This document shows, in pieces, positions 36,117-49,101 of a DNA stretch of 64,000 nucleotides. The notes beneath the pieces were generated by a model. It did no database searches and was not told the DNA's origin. It saw nothing but the letters and a program-made list of their open reading frames with translations. Both the position numbers and the translations under genes were made by a program. The stretch comes from Octopus vulgaris (Eukaryota). Positions within the stretch are counted from its first letter, which is position 1. Every line of letters begins with the position of its first letter. The stretch covers positions 46,810,001 to 46,874,000 of the forward strand of contig OX597825.1 in the NCBI GenBank assembly GCA_951406725.2, in the 5' to 3' direction.

Positions 36117-37171
36117 TAATACATACACACACACACGCTTACACACAGATACAGACACAGAACACATACACACACACATTTATCGACAAACAACGATGGT
36201 TTCTTTAAAATATTCGTAATATTCCTTAGCCATTACGAATTACAAACATGGAAACAAAGAGCTAACTCGAAATATTGACTGAATTATTTTTGGAGACAAA
36301 CATTTCCTTTCCGTGTCACATAGTTTGATTGATTCTTTTACAGAGAACATATTGCTAAACGGAACGATACAGAATCAATATAACCAAAAGGGAATTTTTT
36401 CGTGATTTCTGTCAGAATTGTACGACGAGTGAAAAGTACTGTATCTTAGAATGTGCTAAAATGTCCTAAAAATTGACTTACCTGAGTATAATTTTAACTT
36501 CAAATTGAATACTTTAGTTTTCGCATAAGTAGAGAAATTGTAATTAATCTCAAGTTTAAAGATTTAATCCTATATGTTGAAAAGTATTCCTTCAATAAAA
36601 CGTTACTATTGATCAAGAGAGAACAAGCATGCTGCACGTTTTGCTTGTGCTGAATCCATATTCTGTCATTCTTAATTTATCGATTCATTCACTGAATAAT
36701 ATTTCCAGAAACCATATTTCGATAAAAGAAACTTTACACAAAATTCATTCAATGTTTTCCAATCTACATTTTAATTTTTTATTTTATCTCTTTTTATATC
36801 ATGTGATTTAGATTTCCCTTTTCTTTGCAGAACTTTGCAGCATTCCATGTTTTTTGTTTCCGTATTTATGTTTTTTATCTTCACCATTTCTCAGGTTTTA
36901 AAAGATAATTCATTGTTAGCCTTTCTTCGTTGATCGTCGATTGGTTAAGTAAGATTTCCTTTCTGTAGAGTTTAAACACTAAGTGAAAGAAGAGAAGTTA
37001 TATAAATCTCTGTTTCTGTTCTACAGTCATATTTGAGACAAGGTCCAGTCTTTGTTTCGTTTTCTCTCCCCCTTTTGTCTCTCCATTCCCTTTCACCTCC
37101 CCTTACGAGATAGAAATAGCAAGGGAAAGCCCTTGCTAATTCTTTCTCTATTTATAGATATAAGAAATTAA

Positions 37172-37256
37172 ATAAATGACAAGGGAATAGGAATTACGTG
37201 ATCAACTGCATTAGCTAGTGAAGTTCATTACGTAATTCCTGTTCTTTGTTATTTAT
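37172..37256 (+). other. Long imperfect hairpin (pre-miRNA-like or structured RNA candidate)
   Basis: About 30 bp stem with 4 G:U pairs and 1 bulge, and a 24-nt partly paired loop. The hairpin is certain; function is not. Confidence 0.3.
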
Positions 37257-37361
37257 CTCATTTCATATTACGCTCTGTACTCATCTAACGCTATATTCTG
37301 AAACATATGTATATTGAGTTCTAACACTAGTTTATTAGTATCGCTATGCCTAAGCGAAATC

Positions 37362-37371
37362 CATCTATCTG

Positions 37372-37457
<86 letters not shown>

Positions 37458-37465
37458 CATCTATC
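37362..37465. repeat. (CTAT)n microsatellite
   Basis: Directly visible. Confidence 0.95.
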
Positions 37466-39559
37466 AGATAAATTGAGATACGTTTGGTGAAATGTTGGCC
37501 CAGGGTATGTCTAAATTAACAGCCTCACCCGGCAAAGTTCTTTGAGTCATTTTTGTTGGATAATGTTAAATAAAACATCAGTCGAGGCAAAATAGCTGTG
37601 TAGCAATGTACTTCTGTGCAATAAGTCTAATTTATATGAAAATCTTTTGGCATGGAGTCAAAAGCATTGTTCAAATGATCTTAAAACTTGATTTTAAGAT
37701 CATTTGAAAAATATTGTTGGTATATAATTCCAGATTGTGCAGACGATGTAGCTCTAACGGTGCAGTCGAAAGAAATGGAATCAAGACCTGTCATGCCGTT
37801 TTTGTTTTTTCCAATCGCTCTCTGGGTGTCTCAAGACTTATAATGTTTTGTTTGCACAATTCTCTACTTTTACGAAAACTTAGGCATTCAATTCAAAGTA
37901 AAAATTATACTCAGATATGTCAATTTTAAGGACATTTTTGAACATTCTATGAGTGGGTGGGTGTATGTAGACATATGTAGCCTGAACATTCTATATGCAT
38001 ATATGTTTGTACATTTAAAATGTCCTTCCACGTATTGTATAATATCTCTCACCTTGTATTTGTAACCGTTGGTTTCACATTACACCTTCTGCTTTTTGTT
38101 ATTCCTATATCATGGTAGAACTATTGCTTTCTTAAATGATGTTGCAAGTAAAAGCTCATGTTATTCTATAGTGTAATTCTATAATATTAATATATAGTAT
38201 ACTTCTATACATTACATTAACATATTATTATGTGATACTAACAACACTACTGACACTAGAATACATGAATGCTTAATATAATTTTCAGCAGAACATCTAC
38301 TAAAATTTTTTAATTATAAATTAAAAAAGAAAATATATGCATGTGGCAAACTTAAATCTGAGTTATTGACTCTCAGAAGTGAGGGAACACAGAAACCCTT
38401 CAGTACCACCAATTATTTCAGAAGCCAGATTTCATACTCGACGAGAAAATAAGTTTTCTTTTTGTTTCTGTGCTGTATCATACTAGAAATGGTAATTTCT
38501 CCTGCAAATTGTTTATAACAGCTACAAGATAAAAGCGGCATATGCAAACAATCTTATCAAGGATGACATATACAAATAATCATGTCAAAGATGAAAAAAT
38601 CGCGTTCTTAAAAGTCAGAGGTAATTCACATTTTCACACATACAACAGTCAAAAATATAACCGTTGCCTTACTTTTCTCTACATACAAACAATTTCATAT
38701 TCATATACGTTTAGATATATTCACACATATTCACGAGGGTGTGTATATTTTTCCTGCGTTAACATACAGAAATTGATAACTAAACTGAAATAAAGAAATT
38801 CAAGAATATGTTCTTGCTGCATTTTTATTTACATGTATTTTTATAGGATCATATATTTACAGTAGAGATATAATCTAAATAATAATATGAAAATAGGATG
38901 GTGAGTGAAATAGTAACTCTATACCAAGTAGTCTATATTCAATTTGAGCTGCCTTTTATGCTTGTGATTGTTATACTTCAATAGCCACATTATCTTTCCT
39001 TGAATTTGAAAATTTTCCAATATTAATGACTTTAATTTGCCTAGTCAGTGAAAGTCCTTCATACGAAAGCTATTCCTATATGTAGTTCTGTGATATTGGT
39101 AGCCATTGAGTAGATTACACTTAGCTGAGAAACTTTAGATAAAACCGAAACATGTCCGCAGTTATTACCATGGCCATCAAAGATCAGTCACTCTTTATCT
39201 TTGCATATATCAGGATGATCAAAATTTGCTTTGCTTCTTTTGAGAATAATTTTTATTAACGTTAATGGGAGTTATATTTCACTAGGGTTATATTTGCAAT
39301 TATCTAAAAATCATTTCCGGCTCATCCTGTCAAATATTGTAAACTGTACTTAACTAAATGCACTATTAGAATTTATGTTTTTACTTACTGGATTTTAAAC
39401 AAGGAGCCGTGCTCATGGCCTTCGCATGCCTCATAGACTGGGATGATTGGTGCGATTAATGTTTCTATCAAATCTTTGCAAGTCAACATCTGTGAGAAAG
39501 ACACGATAACGTTGTGGGAAGTAAACATTAGATGTAGGGGATCTGGAATAGGGTGAACA

Positions 39560-40380
39560 CAACAAGGGTGATGGGAGTAGGAGAGATAAGTTAATCGGGT
39601 ATGTTTGAGCGAGAGAGGCATGGACCAGCTAGATTTGGGGAGTAGAGGCCATTATAATAATAGTAGATTAGGCTGGGAGAGAAGACAGCGCTCCTGTGAG
39701 TCATAGAGTAGAGCGCATCTATGAGTGACTTTATACCAATCAGTCAGTGTGCTTTTTGTTTTTCTTATCGTTGACAAAATAAGTTCGTTATAACAGGAGG
39801 ATGCTTTTGAGATGTCTGTTTATGGAATCAACGCGAGTTTGGTTCAAGATGTCTAGGTAGTGAGTGGATGATGTCTTGTTAAGGAATATTAAGAAAGTAG
39901 TTCATATTTATAAGCGGTGATGTTGGATGTGGTGTCAAGTAAGTCATTGAGGGAACAAAACCGTCGAAGCTCGTCAATGGATCTGACATTATGTACTAGA
40001 GGTTATGAATGAGTGAGGGAGGTTTTAAAGGTGCTAGATGATGTCGTTGTTACTATCTTAAAGAAATTGGAAGTGAGTACGACAGGATGATAGTTGGCAG
40101 GGTCAGAGAAGGTGCCTTTCTTGAGAATAGGGCACACTGTAGTATGTTTCCAAAGATCAAGGTAGATGTTTGTAGAGAGGAAGAGATTGTGAGTTTGTTG
40201 AGTAACTCTGAGATGCAAGTTTAGAGGGCACTGGAAAGTTCTGATCAGAGCCGGTGGCCTTGTTAGATGGAAGCGTGTGAGAGTACTTTTGCTTTAGGAG
40301 TATGTGTATGTAAGGTTATCGTCTTGGAAGGGATGGGAGAAAATAAGAGTGGAAGAGATCTGTGGGATGTGTCAAACTTT
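39560..40380 (-). mobile_element. Decayed CR1/L2/Jockey-group LINE RT fragment
   Basis: NKATGSD..WKHTTVCPILKKGTFSDPANYHPVVLTS. Confidence 0.65.
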
Positions 40381-40526
40381 AACTTAGACCAAAATATATG
40401 ACAATGCATGTAACCCCAGTTTGGTAACCTGGACTCAACTACATGCTCCGAATGTGATAATGCATTGTGTTATGAAATACTATATCATGTACACTGGTAA
40501 ATGTCACTGCTAATACCACATTCATT

Positions 40527-40661
40527 ATGTATGTATGTATGTATGTATGTATGTATGTATGTATGTATGTATGTATTTATGTATGTATATACGTACGTAC
40601 GTACGTATGTATGTATGTATGTATGTATGTATGTATGTATGTATGTATGTATGTATGTATG

Positions 40662-40712
<51 letters not shown>
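40527..40712. repeat. (TATG)n-(TA)n microsatellite
   Basis: Directly visible. Confidence 0.95.
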
Positions 40713-40717
<5 letters not shown>

Positions 40718-41121
40718 CCTTTACTCTCATGAGAGATACCATATGAATGGCTTTTCCATACAAAAAGCAGTAAAAGACAGCAACATGATTATTGAATCTA
40801 GGGATATGTTTCGTTTAGTGAATCTAAAATATCAGAAGTTTATCCTGATTAATTATGTATTAATTCATTGAAATATTATTATGTATATTGATATTGAAAG
40901 ATGATTTGAACTTTATCATGCTTTATGCTAGATACATAGAATGATAGACAAGGGAAGAGTTGGGCCAAAAGTTAAAGACAGAGGGATAAATAGATAAGGA
41001 GAGAGAAAGAGACAATTCTCCAGATAGAATAGCTCAAACATAACATTTTTTAAGGAATGTTCTACAGAATAGGATACTTAGAGTAGTGGGATGATGTTTT
41101 TGCTCTGATCAAATAAACAGT

Positions 41122-41368
<247 letters not shown>

Positions 41369-41775
41369 TTTATTTACATGATATATATTATATATTTTTA
41401 TATACCTATATATTTTTATATATTACTTATATTATATTTTTACTTTCTACGTCTTTTTAAAAAATGTATTTTTTCTGAATCGCTAAAATATTAACTCTAA
41501 ATTTTGATGAAGAAAATTTTTTTGTCGCACCTTATTATTATTATATGCTTGTCTGCTTATACAGATGAATTATGTTCCATCTTGCGGGATATTTATATGT
41601 ATATTCTATGATTAAATGTTCGAATTATGAAATGAAATGCGGATGACCTTGCATTTGTTTGTTCAATAATTTTAGTTTGATATTTTTGTCTCTTTCAATA
41701 AAGCACTTCTATAGCAGTCCTATTAATCTTTTTGTTCCTGACAAGAAACAATCACTGTATTATTGATATTGATAT

Positions 41776-41843
<68 letters not shown>

Positions 41844-42030
41844 TATTGGGTCTGGGTAGACTCATTTTCTTTTTGTGCCTTATAATCTAACACATTCACC
41901 GGTAAAATTTCCACTTATTCCTTATTTTTATTTTCCTAAAATTTTCGGGGCGTTTTGCAACCTTTTCTTGACTCTGTCCGTTATTTACTCTGCGTTCCTT
42001 TTTGTTTGTTTGTGCGCTGTGTGGGGCAGT

Positions 42031-42036
42031 GCGTGC

Positions 42037-42076
<40 letters not shown>

Positions 42077-42179
42077 CTATGCATGCATGTATGTGTGCAT
42101 GTATGTATGTATGTATGTATGTATGTATGTATGTATGTATGTATGTATGTATGTATATGTATGTATGTATATATGTATG

Positions 42180-42214
<35 letters not shown>

Positions 42215-42630
42215 ATGCATCTGTGTGCATTTATATGTATGTATGTATTCTGCATATTCATGTACTTACATGTCCGTGTTTGTGTATTTTTATATATGCG
42301 TGTGTGTGAGCGTGTGTTTGTATATGTATGCACCTCTATCTTCTTGTTTGTGCATGTCTGTGTTTGTGTTTTGCAACTATGTATCATGTTTGTATGTATG
42401 GATGTGCATCTCCATGTATGGACACGTGTCTCCATATCTGTCCTTGTGTGAAGTAAAGTGTGTGTGTATATATGATCATGTGTTTCAGTCTTCATTTGCG
42501 TATTTATGTTTCTTTGTTCATATAACCTATGTACCTATCCGTCTATATGTTGATCTGTTTATTTTCATATCCATATGCTTACATACATGTGCATATACAT
42601 ATATATACCCCCCACACACACATACATCTA
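42031..42630. repeat. Compound/degenerate (GT)n-(TATG)n-(TA)n low-complexity tract
   Basis: Directly visible. Confidence 0.9.
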
Positions 42631-42659
42631 TCTACATAACAGCCCACTAACTATTCTAC

Positions 42660-45600
42660 TCTACCTGCGTAAACTGTGGGTATGGGGGTATGATATCTAT
42701 TATGTATATTTCCTTTTTAGTATTGGGGAAGTTTCATTTATAAGGACGTACTCCCGTATTTGTTTGGGTGCATGGATAAGATGCGGATGTCAAGGTGACT
42801 CAAGTTGCCGCCATGTCGGTAGGGTATGGAGGACTGTTTTTTTGTTGTCATATTGTCTCAGATGTTCATTTAGTCTGAGGCAATATGACGATGTTCATTT
42901 AGTCTTTCAAGTATGGACCAAAATCACAAGAATCGCAAATTCGCTTTCTGGAACATGGTCAAGAACTCCAATAAAGCAAAGATATACGAGTAATGGCTCA
43001 ATTCAACTTCTTATAATCTCCCTAGAAAGCTACAAATTAAAGCCATCCCCAATGAACCAGCAAAACAGAGAGAACTGAAGGAAAAAATGGTTTTTGGATA
43101 TCTTCAAAATGGAGATAGAACTTCTGAAATTCAGAGCTCAAACCCATGAAGAAAAAATTACCTCAATTGATGAAGAAATGAAGGCCGAAATCGCGAAAAA
43201 AGCCCAAGGGGAAATTTTTGAAAATACCATTCTACTATAGAAAAAGGACTGGGAACACGAGGAAGTAATCTCCCTTCAAAGATGGGAAAAAATAACGATT
43301 GGTTCAGTCACTACGAGTTAAAATTCAAAGAGAAATACCAATCGGATAACCCCTTCTTGAAAAAAACTAAAAGCCATTAACTCCATACAACTGGAAGGAA
43401 CTTACTACCGGAGCAATACCAAAATGACCGTTCAGAACCAAGGATAACCAATGCATTCCATAGGACTCCAAAAATTCATTGAAGGCACAAAAGGGAAAAT
43501 TCCATTGAACCGACCACAACGAAGAACCCACTATAGATCAAGGGTTAGAGGAAGGACTAGTAACAGGAACACTAATCCCCTATACCAGAGAAACCATTTG
43601 TTTAGACAAACTGGGTCAAAACCGGGACACTCAATGGCACCAACCAAATATAATACTCCGAAGGTGATAAATCTCTCACATAAAGCACTTTCGAACCAGG
43701 AAATCAAAATTCTTGAAAAGGGATTGAAATTCACCCCAACACTACAAAGGTCGAACCTAAATGACATACAAAATGATATCCAAGAATTCTGCAGAAAACT
43801 TCGCATCACTGAAGAACTACTAGATAAAGAAAATAATGATAAATCCATTCTTCACAATAAACTACTATCCGACAAAAGGAAAAAATCAAACTCTGGATAA
43901 CTTTTGTGACTTAATTTCCAGTTTCCCCTACAATTTACTCCCACCCCGAAAATTCAAAATAAATACAAGTGAAGAAGAATGGGGAATCATCAATAATCTC
44001 AAGGAGGATGACAGCATAATTATAAAAGAAGCTGACAAAGGGAGCTCTGTAGTTATCATGGACTCAGAAAAATACATAAACACTACCCTAACCCTCCTTC
44101 AAGACAATACCTACTATGAAAAATCAACAGCTACAGTCAATCCAAGATAATGACCAAACTGTCTACCGTTATCCAACAATTCCAACAAGGTTTAACACAA
44201 AAGGAGACAGACTACTTAACTAGATTTGACTGCAAAGCCATAACTTCTATCGATTTCCCAAAATCCACAAAAGTGAGGCCACAAACGAAGCCTGTAACAA
44301 GTCAACCTCTATAGTCATAAATATTCCGCACCCGAGTGATCTCAAAATGAGATCGATTGTGGCCGGTCCCTCTTGTGAGACACACAGACTCCGTAATTTT
44401 ATTGACGTCCTCCTCAAACCTATTCTCCAGCATATGCCGAGCTTTATATGGGATGATCTGGACTTTTTAAACCATGTCCCGTACAAAACCAACAAAGACT
44501 CTCTCCTGGTTTCATTAATAAACCTCTACACCTCGATTCCTCACGAATACGGAATAATAGCCATACAATACTGGCTGGAAAAAATCCCAAATGACATTCC
44601 TGACAGAATCGGAAAAGAGTTCATCGTTGAAGGAATAACTCTTATAGATAAAAATCGGGTACGGCGATGGGAACGAGGGTAGCGCCTACTTTTGCCAACC
44701 TTGTCATGGCATACTTGGAAGTCCAAATATACGAACATGCTAGATTAAAATTTGGAGAAACTTCCAAAAATACTTACTTACCAACTGGAAACGCTACCTG
44801 GATGAATGTTTCATCCTTTGGCCACATAGCATTGAACATAGCATTGAACAACTCACAGAATTTAAAAACTTAATCAACAGCATTAACCACAGTATCCAAT
44901 TCACTATGGAATACAACCACCTACAACTACCCTTCCTGGACATCTTAATAATAAAGAGAGATACTGAAATTGAAATTGACATCTTCTTCAAACACGGACT
45001 CAAAACAATATCTTTTATTCTCCTCTTGCCAACCAAAACATACTAAAATATATATACCGTTCAACTTAGCGAGAAAAAATTGCACGATTGCATCAAATCC
45101 CGAAACCCGAGAAAAGCAACTCCAAGAACTCAAAACTTCATTACTAGATAGAAAATACCACCCGGTCAGTCTAATCAAAAATGGAATAGAACGTGCAAAA
45201 ATGATAGACATCCAAGAGTTACGGAAAACAAGAAAGCACCATGACACACTAAAAACTCTATCTTACATATCAACAAACAATCCAAGAAACCAGGAAGCAT
45301 ACAACATCATCCACCAAAACATATCCATCCTTATGAAGGACCCACGAATGAAAAAGGCACTAGAAACACATAGGATTATCAAAAGCAAGAGACAACCACA
45401 ATCTCTAAAAATATTACTCACCAGCGCCAAATTACCCACCAAAAATACAACGCCACAAGTCAAAAAATGCAACTGCCCTAACTGCTGAACTTGCCCCTTT
45501 CTCTTAGAGGGCTCAACACACAAATTTAAGTCAAGCCTAACTTTTACCTTAAAACATGACTTCACCTGTGCTTCGAAGAACTTAATCTATGTAGAGGTTG

Positions 45601-46440
45601 TGGTGGAGACTACATTGGTCAAACAAGCTTAACTTTGAGGGATAGACTTACGGTGCACAGACAACAAATCCGGGACCCCACTACTAGGAAAATTCCTGTT
45701 AGCCAGCGCCTAGACCAATGCCCCGTAGACAAAAACCCTAAATACCAAATCTTCCCTCTCTATCAATGCACTGGAAACACTTCAACCCAATTCCATTTAA
45801 ATAAGGAAAACATATTGATTATAAAATATAAACCACAGTTAAATATCCTTTAGAAAGAAGAAAAAGTAGTATAAAGAAGAGAAAAACACCCAATTTCAAC
45901 ACACAAAAAACAATAACATTTTAGTGACAATCTCCCACCCAGGTTTCGAAACCGCAGCTCCAAATCACCACACAAACACAAGATGCTGACGTCACCCACC
46001 TCCAGTCCAATTAAATTCCACAAACACCAGTTGCTGACGTCACATAATTCCAAACCAATCGAAACCGAACTTCAGCGAATACAACGAAAAGACCCTTTAA
46101 GAGAACCAACCAACCGGAACGACCTATAACCGTATCCGCAAGGAAACCAACCAAGCAGAACGACAAACTTGACCGCGGAAGAAAAACGCCATCAATTTTT
46201 TAACGAATCAAAATCAGATCCGCTCGCAGAAAAAATATATAAATACATCTTTCCCTAAACATACCTTTACAAGCGAAAGCGACTGTTTAAAGAAGGTCTG
46301 AGAAACGTAAACCAAATTACTTTTTTTATTATTTTAATTCTCACACTTGTTTTTTTCAGTATGACTTGTCGTCCACCACTGAAATTAATGAACTTTGTGC
46401 ATTCTAACAATCAAACTTACACCTTCTATTTTGAACATGA
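42660..46440 (+). mobile_element. Penelope-like element (RT plus C-terminal GIY-YIG; Neptune/Nematis-type Cys motifs), near complete, frameshifted
   Basis: VINLSHKALS..LEKGLKFTPT, IIKEADKGSSVVIMD, PKIHK, RSIVAG, NLYTSIPH, MGTRVAPTFANLVM, RYLDE, LPFLD, QYLLFSSCQP, CNCPNC*TC, SKNLIY..C..YIGQT..RLTVHRQQI, ending YKPQLNIL* at 45853. Outer boundaries approximate. Confidence 0.9.
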
Positions 46441-46632
46441 TAAATTATTGGAACATTTTAGTTTGTCAACATCGAAACTTATAATGATGTTTTTCTAATT
46501 TTACATTTTTGCCATTGATAAACAAAAAATATTGTTGAAACTAGTTTGGTATATATGTAGATAAATGTATTTAAAACATTTACGAGCTTTTGAAATATAA
46601 GTGCATTTTCAACAACATATTTTCCTATATTA

Positions 46633-46634
<2 letters not shown>

Positions 46635-46708
<74 letters not shown>

Positions 46709-46720
46709 ATACATACACAC
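46635..46720. repeat. (CA)n microsatellite
   Basis: Directly visible. Confidence 0.95.
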
Positions 46721-47039
46721 AAATATATATATAATCCCAATTTATGAACATGAAATTGTTTGTATGTAGAGAAAAGTAAAGCAACGGTTATGTTTTTGAC
46801 TGTTGTATGTGTGAAAATGTGAATTACCTCTGACTTTTAAGAACGCGATTTTGTCATCTTTGTCATGATTATTTCTATATGTCATCCTTAATAAGTTTGT
46901 TTATGACGCGTTTGTCTTGAAGCTGTTTATAAACAATTTGCAGGAGAAATTACCATTTCTTGTATGATACAGTACATAAAATGAGAGGAGAAAGAGAAGG
47001 CGGTGTGAAATTTCTAGGACATTTATAAATAGAAAGGTA

Positions 47040-47086
47040 GTCTTACAGCTGTTCCAGGGATATAAGGGATGTTCCTTCACCAGAGA
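47040..47086 (-). ncRNA. Type I hammerhead motif (core mutated)
   Basis: TCT-CTGGTGA-AGGAACATCCCTTATATCCCT-GGAA-CAGCTG-TA-AGA. Confidence 0.5.
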
Positions 47087-47303
47087 TGACATGAGAGAGT
47101 TAAATAAAGGGAAATAATAGATTTCAATATAAGAAGTTATTTTGGAAAGGGAGAGATATAGGAAAAATAAATAGAAATAAGAGAATATTTATATTTTTAT
47201 TTTTATCCTTTTATTTCCATTGATACTTCCTATATCTCCCCCTTTCCAAAATAACTTCTTATACTGAACTATACTATTTCCCTCTATTTAACCCTCTCAT
47301 ATC

Positions 47304-47355
47304 GTCACTGATGAAGGGATATCCCTCATATCTCTGAAAAAAAAAACTGTAAGAC
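47304..47355 (+). ncRNA. Type I hammerhead motif (stem III eroded by an A-run)
   Basis: GTCA-CTGATGA-AGGGATA/TATCTCT-GAAA-(A)n-CTG-TA-AGAC. Confidence 0.5.
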
Positions 47356-47656
47356 TACCTTTCTATTTATAAACGTCCTTGAAATTTCACACTGCCTTGG
47401 CTTTGTTGTCCCATTTTATTTAACATATGCATACTACACTTAGACTCCTTACTCATACTATTTTGAACCAGGCGTGTAACTGCGGTATTTCCGGAGCACT
47501 TACATAGCCTTTCCTACCTTTTGGATCTTCTGAATACCAAAACCTTTCTTACACACACACACACACAGAGTCAATTAAAAAAACACAGAGAAAAAGAATA
47601 TATATATATACACACACAAATATATATACACAGATATACACACACATATATATGTA

Positions 47657-47958
47657 TGTCACATGACCGATCAGGCTATCAGATGTTGTTACACATCACT
47701 GATCACAATGCGCTTCGCATTGTTTCAGCTTCAAATGACGCTACCCCGCTGGCTAAGCGAGCAGGCCAACAGAAGAAAGAGTGAGAGAAAGTTGCGGCGA
47801 AAGAGTGCAGCAGGGATGCTCCCCCCGCCCCCATCGGAGCGTCGTGGAGCTTTAGGTGTTTTCGGTCAATAAACATTCACAACGCCCGGTCTGGGAATCG
47901 AAACCGCGATCTTGCGATCGCGAGTCCGCTGCCCTAACCATTGGGCCATTGCGCCTCC
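47657..47958 (-). mobile_element. tRNA-derived SINE, family C
   Basis: Head GGAGGCGCAATGGCCCAATGGTTAGGGCAGCGGACTCGCG..GGTTTCGATTCCC (A/B boxes) followed by ~230 nt of non-tRNA body. Flanked by simple repeats. Confidence 0.8.
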
Positions 47959-47960
47959 AC

Positions 47961-48124
<164 letters not shown>

Positions 48125-48703
48125 CCAACCTTGTCTGATTTTCACGTTTTATTTACAATCTTATAATGATATATTATAAGATAATATATTATAATTGAAT
48201 AAAATAAAATGAAATAGTAGAATGTTAAATGTTCATTCTGATTGAACTAGTACTTTCATGCATTGAATTCTGCAATCTTCGGGTTCATGTAGTAGTGTTG
48301 ACAGTCATGCTTCACAATTTTTGACTGTAGCAAGATGATTGATTCTGTGCTATTAATACAGCTGGGTAGGCTCCAGAGTGCTAGGTTTTGCAAACTGTAT
48401 TCTGACCAATCAGTGTGTAGTATCACTCAATTACTTAAGCTTATTGGTTGGTTGAGCTGATTGGTTTAGGCATTGGTTTAGGCATCCTGTATCTTGACCC
48501 TGGCCGAAGCAGCAATTGTTGGGTTATTTTTAGAAATGTTGTAAATATCCTTTGTCAGAGATTTTTATATTTTTATATTTCAATTGTCATCATCATCATT
48601 GTCAGCACCTTAATTATTGTTGCTAGTGGTAATGGTGGTGGCAATAGAACTTTTAACCCTAAATAAGATAATTTTCCTGCTATCTTCATCTTGATCACCT
48701 TTA

Positions 48704-48947
48704 CAACAGATATATGGGATGGGATTTTAGGTAAATTAGAAGACAATTGCTTTTTGGTGGTCAAGAAGAGGTAGGCAGTTTGTTATTGTTAGGTGGAGGG
48801 AATAAATAGATAAATATACATGAAAAAACATAAAAAATATAAAATAAATATACATACAAACACACATACATACACATGCGAATATACATATGCATACATA
48901 CACACGCACATATATATACATACATACACATACATACATATATATAT

Positions 48948-49020
<73 letters not shown>

Positions 49021-49057
49021 CATGTACATACATACACCTACATACACACACACGCGC

Positions 49058-49101
<44 letters not shown>

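Larger units (their letters stand above)
46970..47425. repeat. Imperfect ~220-bp-arm palindrome of a Penelope pLTR-like repeat, one hammerhead motif per arm
   Basis: Arms are reverse complements, e.g. GGTAGTCTTACAG / CTGTAAGACTACC and AAGAAGTTATTTTGGAAAGGG / CCCTTTCCAAAATAACTTCTT. Centre ~47190. Confidence 0.85.

Noticed and set aside
37728-37790. Exon beginning after TTCCAG, encoding DCADDVALTVQ
   Set aside because: It looks more like an ancient RT (YADD-like) scrap, has no good donor, and is too short to call.
41875-42650. Long ORFs rich in YI/HT/CV/MY (also 40485-40871, 47852-51153)
   Set aside because: They are translations of microsatellites.
45465-45500. In-frame TGA inside the Penelope Cys cluster as selenocysteine
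   Set aside because: In CNCPNC*TC the TGA sits at a spacer position of CxxxxCxxC, not at a Cys. The element has many other lesions and a C-terminal endonuclease, and I saw no SECIS.
46275-46315. Hammerhead downstream of the near-complete Penelope element
   Set aside because: GAAACGTA is present, but the core and stem II are not recognisable.
47880-47958. tRNA gene
   Set aside because: There is no complete cloverleaf or acceptor stem, and it continues into a SINE body. The same holds for the family A and B heads.
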